Source: Myxococcota bacterium
GTDB lineage: Bacteria; Myxococcota_A; Polyangia; Nannocystales; Nannocystaceae
Assembly: GCA_039028615.1 (NCBI GenBank)
Contig: JBCCHT010000007.1
Location: 128,001-192,000, forward strand
Length of the DNA stretch: 64,000 nt
Direction of reading: 5' to 3'
The translations under genes and the position numbers were made by a program. This document shows, one piece after another, positions 57,522 to 64,000 of this stretch; position 1 is the first letter of the stretch; each line of letters starts with the position of its first letter. The notes beneath the pieces were generated by a model. The model had not been told where the DNA came from and did no database searches. It was given only the letters and a program-made list of their open reading frames with translations.

Positions 57522-58736
57522 TCAGCCGCGCTCGGAGACGACGCGTCGGATTTGGTCGACGAGCTTGGAGGTCTCGGTCGGCGTGTAGTGCTGAGCCTTG
57601 ACCGCCTCACACCCCTTGCGCCCCATCTCGTTGAGCTGCTCGATCGGCGCCTTCATCATGCGCTCGATGCCCTCGCGGATGCGGTCGGCGGAGCCCGACG
57701 CGATGAGCCAGCCGTTCTCGCCGTCGACCACCAGCTCGGGGATGCCCGCGATGTAGGTGGTGAGCACGGGACGCTGGAGAGCGAACGCCTCCATGATGAC
57801 CATGGGCAGGCCCTCGGCGAAGCTCGGCAGGGCCAGGGCCCGCGCCGCGAGCAGCTCCTCGCGAACCTCTTGGCCGCTGATCCACCCGGTGATGCGCACG
57901 CGATCGCCCACGCCTCGCTTGGCGATATAGGACTCGATCTCCCCGCGCATGTCGCCGTCGCCCACGAGCACCAGCTCGGCGTCGACCCCGTTGTCGATGG
58001 CATCGGCGAAGCCCTCGACCAGCAGCAGCTGGCCCTTCTGCGCGGACAGGCGGCCCACGCAGACCAGGGACTTGCTCTTGGGATCGATGGGGCGGGCCTG
58101 CGCGAAGAACTCGTCGCCGACCGTGCAGTGCACGACCTTGATCTTGTGCCAATGGTCGTGCCCCACCCAGCGGCGCAGCTGACCTGCACAGAAGTCGGTG
58201 ATGGCGACCACGAAGGCCGAGTCGGCGATCTTGGGCCCGAGCGAGAAGCCCTTGGGGGCGTCGAGCTCGTCGGGACCGTGCACGGTGAACGAGTAGCTGG
58301 GGCCGCCCATCTCGTGCATGAGCTGGGCGACGGCGGCCGGGTTGGTGCCGAAGTGCACGTGCACGTGGTCGATGCCGCGGCGCTTCATCTCCTCGAGCAG
58401 CACCATCGCCTCGGCCACGTACACGACGTGCGTCGCCATGCCGCGCTCGCTACGGAAGCCCATCTTGAGCGCCTTGCGCATCGCCTTGGCGGCGCCGATG
58501 GGATTTTTGAGTCCCTCGCCGACCAGGGCCCGAGCCCAGCGCGCGACCGGCTGCTTGAGCACCCGGAAGGTCTTGGCGTCCTCGCGCTGATCGTCGGGAT
58601 CGACGATGTCGTAGGGCGAGTCGCGAATCGCGAATCGAGCCACTTCACCCGTCTGACGCTCGAGCTCGCAGAGCTCGCGGCGAATGAAGGTGTGGCTGAC
58701 CGAAGGATAAGCAGTGGTCAGGTACGCGACCCGCAT
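57522..58736 (-). CDS. Glycosyltransferase family 4 (WcaL-like)
   Basis: YPSVSHTFIRRE, HVHVHFG, VGRLSAQKG and PSFAEGLPMVIMEA. Confidence 0.92.
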   Translation of the reverse strand: MRVAYLTTAYPSVSHTFIRRELCELERQTGEVARFAIRDSPYDIVDPDDQREDAKTFRVLKQPVARWARALVGEGLKNPIGAAKAMRKALKMGFRSERGMATHVVYVAEAMVLLEEMKRRGIDHVHVHFGTNPAAVAQLMHEMGGPSYSFTVHGPDELDAPKGFSLGPKIADSAFVVAITDFCAGQLRRWVGHDHWHKIKVVHCTVGDEFFAQARPIDPKSKSLVCVGRLSAQKGQLLLVEGFADAIDNGVDAELVLVGDGDMRGEIESYIAKRGVGDRVRITGWISGQEVREELLAARALALPSFAEGLPMVIMEAFALQRPVLTTYIAGIPELVVDGENGWLIASGSADRIREGIERMMKAPIEQLNEMGRKGCEAVKAQHYTPTETSKLVDQIRRVVSERG

Positions 58737-58986
58737 CTTCGTTCGGTTGTACCCCGGCCTTGCCCAGGGGCAAACCCGAGTTGCGACCCTGTGACCGCGT
58801 GACCACACGTCGGGCCTCCGATCGCCGTGTACTCGCTGTTTTGGGCGATCCCGCCCGCGCGTCATCGCCCGGCTCGAACATGTGAGAAAAGCGCGCATGT
58901 TCGGGATGGCCCTCGCTGGGCCTGCGGACTGCTAAGGTGCCGGGCCTGCCGTCGACCCCACCGTCCAACTGAAGGGACCGACCCAG

Positions 58987-59964
58987 ATGAACGACACCAC
59001 ATACGAAAAAGAGCTCGAGGTAGCCACCCAGGCGGTCGTCCAGGCGGCGGGAATCTGTAGCTCGATCCAGGGCAAGATCGGCGAGGGCATGCTGGAGAAG
59101 AAGGACCGCAGCCCGGTGACGGTGGCCGACTATTGCAGTCAGGCGCTGGTCTGCCGCGCGCTGTCGCAGTCGCTGCCCGACGATCCGGTCGTCGCCGAAG
59201 AGGACACCAAGGACCTGCGCACTCCCGAGCATGCCTCGGTGCTCGAGCGCATGATCACCGAGCTGTCCGCGGTGGGCGTGAGCGACACCGACGAGATCCT
59301 GCGGCTGGTCGACCTGGGCAACGCGCCCGCGACCTCCTCGCGGTTTTGGACCCTCGACCCCATCGACGGCACCAAGGGCTTCCTTCGCGGGCAGCAGTAC
59401 GCGATCGCGCTGGGCCTTTTGGTCGACGGCAAGGTGGTGCTGGGCGCGTTGGCGTGCCCGAACCTGTCCATCGGCGAAGAAAAGGGCGTGGTGCTCACCG
59501 CGGTGCGGGGCCAGGGCGCCTACGCAGCGCCCATCTCCAACCCGAGCGCGCGCACCAAGATCACGGTGAGCCCCACCGACGACCCGAGCCAGGCGCGAAC
59601 CTGCGAGTCGGTCGAGTCGGGCCACAGCGCCCACGACGTCTCCGCCCAGGTCGTGCAGCGCCTCGGCATCGCGGTCGACCCCGTGCGCCTCGACAGCCAG
59701 GCCAAGTACGCGGTGGTCGCCCAGGGCCAGGCGGAAATCTACCTGCGCCTGCCCACCCGCAAGGACTACCAGGAGAAGATCTGGGACCACGCGGCGGGCA
59801 GCATCGTGGTCGAGGAAGCGGGCGGACGCGTCACCGACGTGCTCGGCCAGCCCCTCGACTTCTCGCAGGGACGCACGCTCGCGAACAACCGCGGCGTGGT
59901 GGCCAGCAACGCGGCGGTCCATGACCGCTTCCTCCAGACTCTGCGCGATCTCGACGTAAAATGA
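58987..59964 (+). CDS. 3'(2'),5'-bisphosphate nucleotidase (HAL2/CysQ family PAP phosphatase)
   Basis: KKDRSPVTVADY, WTLDPIDGTKGFLRG, DSQAKY and EKIWDHAAG. Confidence 0.92.
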   Translation: MNDTTYEKELEVATQAVVQAAGICSSIQGKIGEGMLEKKDRSPVTVADYCSQALVCRALSQSLPDDPVVAEEDTKDLRTPEHASVLERMITELSAVGVSDTDEILRLVDLGNAPATSSRFWTLDPIDGTKGFLRGQQYAIALGLLVDGKVVLGALACPNLSIGEEKGVVLTAVRGQGAYAAPISNPSARTKITVSPTDDPSQARTCESVESGHSAHDVSAQVVQRLGIAVDPVRLDSQAKYAVVAQGQAEIYLRLPTRKDYQEKIWDHAAGSIVVEEAGGRVTDVLGQPLDFSQGRTLANNRGVVASNAAVHDRFLQTLRDLDVK

Positions 59965-61730
59965 GCTGGGAGCTCGTTGCGACGTTCGGCGTCCTGGCGG
60001 CGATCATCGTAGCGTTGCTGCTGACCATGGTGGCGCCGGACATGGTCCTCCTCGGAGGACTGACGGTGCTGCTCGCGCTCGGCGTGGTGGAACCCGAGCA
60101 GGCCCTGTCCGGGTTCTCGAACGAGGGCGTGGCGACCATCGCCGCGCTGTTCGTGGTGGCCGAGGGCCTGCGCCAGACGGGCGGGCTGACCTTCATCGGC
60201 AATAGCGTCCTGGGCAAGCCCCGCACCACCGTCGGGGCCCAGCTGCGGGTCATGGCGCCCGTCTCGGCCTTCAGCGCCTTCGTCAACAACACCCCGGTGG
60301 TCGCGATGCTCATGCCGATCGTGATCGACTGGGCCCGGCGGCTGCGATTGCCGGTCGCACAGATCCTGCTGCCGCTGAGCTACGCCTCGATCCTCGGCGG
60401 GCTCATCACCGTGGTCGGCACGAGCAGCACGCTGATCGTCAACGGCATGCTCATCGACCAACCGGGGCAGCGCGGGCTCACCATGTTCGAGCTGGCCTGG
60501 GTGGGCATCCCCGCGGCGCTCGCCGGCCTGGTGTTCGTGCCCATCGCCAGCCGCTGGGTGCTGGCCGGGCGCGAGACCTCCAAGAACCCCGAGCAGCAGG
60601 CGCGCGAGTACACGACCGAGATGGTCGTGAACCCCAACAGCCCCGTCGTCGGCCAGACCATCGAGAAGGCCGGCCTGCGCAACCTCCCGGGCGTGTACCT
60701 CATGGGCGTGCTGCGCGGCTCGGATGCGCTCACCGCCGTGCCGCCCACCACCCGTATCGAGGCCAACGACCGCCTGCTCTTCGTGGGCGCCGTGGACTCG
60801 ATCATCGACCTCCAGAAGATTCCCGGCCTCGTGCCCGCGGCGGAGCAGCTGTTCCGCTTGGGCGAGCCCCGGTCGCACCGCTGCCTGGTCGAGGCCGTGG
60901 TGTCCTCGAGCTTCCGATTCCGCGGCAAGACGATCCGCGAGTCGGGCTTCCGCACCATCTACAACGCGGTGGTGGTCGCGGTGTCGCGCAACGGCGAGCG
61001 TCTCGACAATCGCATCGGTGACATTCGGCTCCTGGCCGGCGACACCCTGCTGCTCGAGACCCACCCCAGCTTCATCGATGCCCAGCGCGACTCCCACGAC
61101 TTCTACCTGGTGAGCCGGGTCGAGAACTCCGCCCCGCTCCGCCACGAGCGAGCCTGGGTCGCACGGCTGTTGCTGCTCGCCATGGTCCTGTTGGTGGTCA
61201 CCGAGACCACCAGCCTGTTCCTCGGCGCCTGCGTGGTGGGGACGGCCATGGTCGCCACCCGCTGCCTGCGGGTCTCCCAGGCCAAGCAAGCCATCGACTG
61301 GGGCGTGCTGGTGGGCATCGCGGCGGGCATCGGCATCGGCCATGCCCTGTCGGCCAGCGGCGCCGACACGCTGCTTGGCGACCAGATGCTGCGCCTCACC
61401 GGGCGCGACCCCATGCTGACGCTGGTCCTGCTCTACCTGCTGGTCCTCGTGCTCGGCAACCTCATCACCTCCAAGGCGGCGGCGGTGTTGACCTTTCCGC
61501 TGGCGGTGTCGATGTCGGCCAGCCTCGGGCTCAACCTCATGCCCTTTGCCGTCACGCTGATCGTGGCCGCCGCGTCGACCTACGCCACGCCGATGGGCTA
61601 CCCCACCAACCTCATGGTGTTCGGCCCCGGGCGCTATCGCAGCTCGGATTTCTTGCTGCTCGGCGGCCCGCTGTCGCTGATCGTGGGGGTGATCGCGCTG
61701 CTCATCATCCCCCACGTGTGGCCGCTGTAG
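59961..61730 (+). CDS. SLC13-family permease with two TrkA-C domains (probable sulfate/anion transporter)
   Basis: GFSN, SAFVNNTPVV, GTSSTL and TPMGYPTNLMV.GPG.Y; ATGA overlap with the PAP phosphatase. Confidence 0.9.
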   Translation: MSWELVATFGVLAAIIVALLLTMVAPDMVLLGGLTVLLALGVVEPEQALSGFSNEGVATIAALFVVAEGLRQTGGLTFIGNSVLGKPRTTVGAQLRVMAPVSAFSAFVNNTPVVAMLMPIVIDWARRLRLPVAQILLPLSYASILGGLITVVGTSSTLIVNGMLIDQPGQRGLTMFELAWVGIPAALAGLVFVPIASRWVLAGRETSKNPEQQAREYTTEMVVNPNSPVVGQTIEKAGLRNLPGVYLMGVLRGSDALTAVPPTTRIEANDRLLFVGAVDSIIDLQKIPGLVPAAEQLFRLGEPRSHRCLVEAVVSSSFRFRGKTIRESGFRTIYNAVVVAVSRNGERLDNRIGDIRLLAGDTLLLETHPSFIDAQRDSHDFYLVSRVENSAPLRHERAWVARLLLLAMVLLVVTETTSLFLGACVVGTAMVATRCLRVSQAKQAIDWGVLVGIAAGIGIGHALSASGADTLLGDQMLRLTGRDPMLTLVLLYLLVLVLGNLITSKAAAVLTFPLAVSMSASLGLNLMPFAVTLIVAAASTYATPMGYPTNLMVFGPGRYRSSDFLLLGGPLSLIVGVIALLIIPHVWPL

Positions 61731-61736
61731 CGGGCT

Positions 61737-62573
61737 TCAGGTCTCTTCGCCCCCACGCAGGACCGGCTCCTCGGGGGCGAAGCGCAGCAGCTTGGGTCTG
61801 CCGCGGCGCAAGGTGGCAACGTCGGCCACGAAGTCGCCGTTGCGTTCCTTGCCTTCGCGGTGAAACTGATGGGCCGAGCGCGGCAGCAGCTCGCGGAGCT
61901 GTGGGTAGTTGTTGTCGAGCCCGGGTAGCGGCACGAGCCCGCGCGCTTCGTCTTCGAGGCCGAAGATCACCCGGTGGTCACGATGCACTTTGGACTCGAG
62001 GCGAGGCAGCCGGCCGTCGTGGGCGTCGAGCCCCGGAGCGAAGAGCTTGTCGGGGAACATCGGCTCGTACCACCACAGCAGCGGATCGGCGACGAAGGAG
62101 GCCTGCTCGTAGCAGCACAAGGCGAGGGCCCAGCCGGGAAAGAGCCGCTCGTAGTATCCGAGGAAGTACGGAGGAACCTCGGGTCGTCGGTTCGTGGGAA
62201 CTTGCTCGAGCGCCGCCGCGGCGGCGGCTCCCGAGGTCGACAGCACCACCGTGTACATCCCCTTGTCGAAGACCTGGGCCGCGGCCTGCGGCTTGGAGCG
62301 AAGACTCCGCGGCTCGTCCCGACTCCGGGTGCGCGGCCGCGTCATCCGCTCGAGGTCTTTGAGGACCGACGGACACTTCGACCCATCGATCATGTTGTCC
62401 GGGCCCATCGCTGCCGCCGAGGGGATGTGCAAGATCATGCAGTTGGGCCCCTCGGCCTGGTTCTCGGCGTGGTTCTGGTAGCCCATCACGTGGACCGGGC
62501 GACCCTCCCGATGACCGCGACCGGCATAGACGATGGTGCTACTGAAGCGGGCGGGCTCGACCGAGACACACAC
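61737..62573 (-). CDS. Conserved-looking hypothetical protein starting Met-Cys
   Basis: Globular-looking ORF with HVMGYQN.A.N...GPN.MILH.P and LF.PGLDAH.G motifs. Confidence 0.7.
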   Translation of the reverse strand: MCVSVEPARFSSTIVYAGRGHREGRPVHVMGYQNHAENQAEGPNCMILHIPSAAAMGPDNMIDGSKCPSVLKDLERMTRPRTRSRDEPRSLRSKPQAAAQVFDKGMYTVVLSTSGAAAAAALEQVPTNRRPEVPPYFLGYYERLFPGWALALCCYEQASFVADPLLWWYEPMFPDKLFAPGLDAHDGRLPRLESKVHRDHRVIFGLEDEARGLVPLPGLDNNYPQLRELLPRSAHQFHREGKERNGDFVADVATLRRGRPKLLRFAPEEPVLRGGEET

Positions 62574-62783
62574 GTCCGCAGTAGACGCGATCTTGCGTTC
62601 GAAGTCGCACGAAAACGAACGCGCCCACGTGCGCAGATGTGGGCCAGACAGTCGCCCCGACGAATCCGCGTGATGTCACGTTCGCTCTGTGAAGCGCAGG
62701 TACGGCATTTCTCGGGGCTCAGTCCTCGGTTCGTCGGTCGGCCTGGGCATGGTCAATCGCTGTGCTAGCCTGCGCGCGCAGCG

Positions 62784-63755
62784 ATGGGCGACGCCAAAGA
62801 AAATCCCACCAACGCCGTCGGAGGCCTACCTTTTTGGGCCCGGGACCGGGACGGCAACGTCCTCTTCTCCAACGTCCCGATCCGCCCCTCCGGGCAAAAG
62901 CCGAGCTTCATCCTCATTGGCGCGGCCAAGTCGGCCACGACCTCGCTGCACCAGTACCTCCAGCAGCACCCGGAGGTCTTCATGGCCGAGCCGAAGGAGC
63001 CGCACTTCTTCTCGACCGACGCGATCTACGAGCGCGGCATCGAGTGGTACGAGGGTCTGTTCGCCGACGCCAAAGAGGGCCAGATCTGCGGCGAGGCATC
63101 GACCTCCTATACCCGGCACCCCTACACGAGCGAGACGCCCAAGCGCATCCACGAGCACATCCCGGATGCCAAGCTCATCTACGTCGTTCGCGAGCCCGTC
63201 GCCCGCAGCGTGTCGGCCTGCATGTTCGCCTACAAGCGCGAGCGCTACTCGCTGAGCGAGGACAAGCTGCCCAAGTCGGTCGACGAGTTCATCGAGGAGT
63301 ACCAGATCATCTGGCGCACCAGCGAGTACATCCTGCAGATCCAGGAGTACTTGAAGTACTTCGATCGCGACAAACTGCTGGTCATCCTGCAAGACGACAT
63401 CGCCAAGAAGCCGGCCGAGACCCTGCGCCAGGTGTTCGAGTTCGTGGGGGCCGACCCCGACATCGCCATCGACACCTCGCGCCAGCACAACACCACCAAG
63501 GACTTCGTGCAGGGGGTCAAGAACGAGCGCGCGGGCGCCCTGGCCAACAAGATCCCCGGCTACTCCGTGCTCAAGCGCTTCATCCCCAAGACCGTGATTC
63601 AGCAGGTCAAGGGCATCGTGACCCGGCGCATCGACGCCGACGAGATGTTCACGCCGATGAGCGACGAGATGCGCGAGAAGCTGCGCCAGCACTTCATCCC
63701 GTTCAACGCGCAGCTCCGCGAGTTCCTCGGCCGCGACCTGCCCGGCTGGGACTGA
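62784..63755 (+). CDS. PAPS-dependent sulfotransferase
   Basis: IGAAKSATTSL 5'-PSB loop; KEPHFF; GEASTSY; KLIYVVREPVARSVS 3'-PB motif. Confidence 0.92.
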   Translation: MGDAKENPTNAVGGLPFWARDRDGNVLFSNVPIRPSGQKPSFILIGAAKSATTSLHQYLQQHPEVFMAEPKEPHFFSTDAIYERGIEWYEGLFADAKEGQICGEASTSYTRHPYTSETPKRIHEHIPDAKLIYVVREPVARSVSACMFAYKRERYSLSEDKLPKSVDEFIEEYQIIWRTSEYILQIQEYLKYFDRDKLLVILQDDIAKKPAETLRQVFEFVGADPDIAIDTSRQHNTTKDFVQGVKNERAGALANKIPGYSVLKRFIPKTVIQQVKGIVTRRIDADEMFTPMSDEMREKLRQHFIPFNAQLREFLGRDLPGWD

Positions 63756-64000
63756 GCGGCCGAAGCGGCCCGCGGCCACGTGCCGGGCAAACCCACTCGC
63801 GCACGCGTCGTCGAACCATGCGTGGTTCGACACCGCGCGCGCTTTCGCGAACGTGCAATCATGCACGGATGAGGTGCTGGCCCTGCTTTGGTCTTGCGGT
63901 CGTGGCCGACGCCCGCGGCGAGTTCGTCGGGCCCATCGCTCTCGGGCACGGGGGTCGTCACCGCGACCGACGGCGGCTCGACGGGTCGCGAGGGCAGCGA

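Noticed and set aside
63760..64000. Possible gene fragment at the right edge
   Set aside because: No frame gives a recognisable protein; too little sequence to call

Overview
GC-rich, gene-dense bacterial chromosomal window, very likely from a myxobacterium (Nannocystaceae-like). This is an inference from a MYXO-CTERM tail, several Ser/Thr kinase-TPR proteins and many Cys-rich lipoproteins with Ser/Thr/Gly/Asp linkers. About 45 CDS can be supported. Housekeeping genes include pepP, apbE, cydAB, a phoB/phoR-like pair, icmF, an ampG-like permease, mlaF/mlaD and a SPOUT RNA methyltransferase. Many secreted or lipoprotein hypotheticals are present. The right end (50-64 kb) carries a polysaccharide locus (Wzy/ligase-like protein, methyltransferase, GT2, GT4) joined to a sulfation module (PAP phosphatase, SLC13 transporter, sulfotransferase). 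No rRNA, tRNA, CRISPR array, integrase or transposase was seen. The best novelty candidates are: an FG-GAP lipoprotein with two pore-toxin-like beta-hairpins, lying downstream of a tandem pair of paralogous barrel-like proteins; a propeller/di-heme cytochrome operon behind an ECF-type promoter; a pyroglutamyl-peptidase homolog with Ser at the catalytic Cys position; and the putative sulfated exopolysaccharide system. All functional calls come from motif recognition by eye; no database searches were run. Several start codons were adjusted from the ORF track and are provisional.
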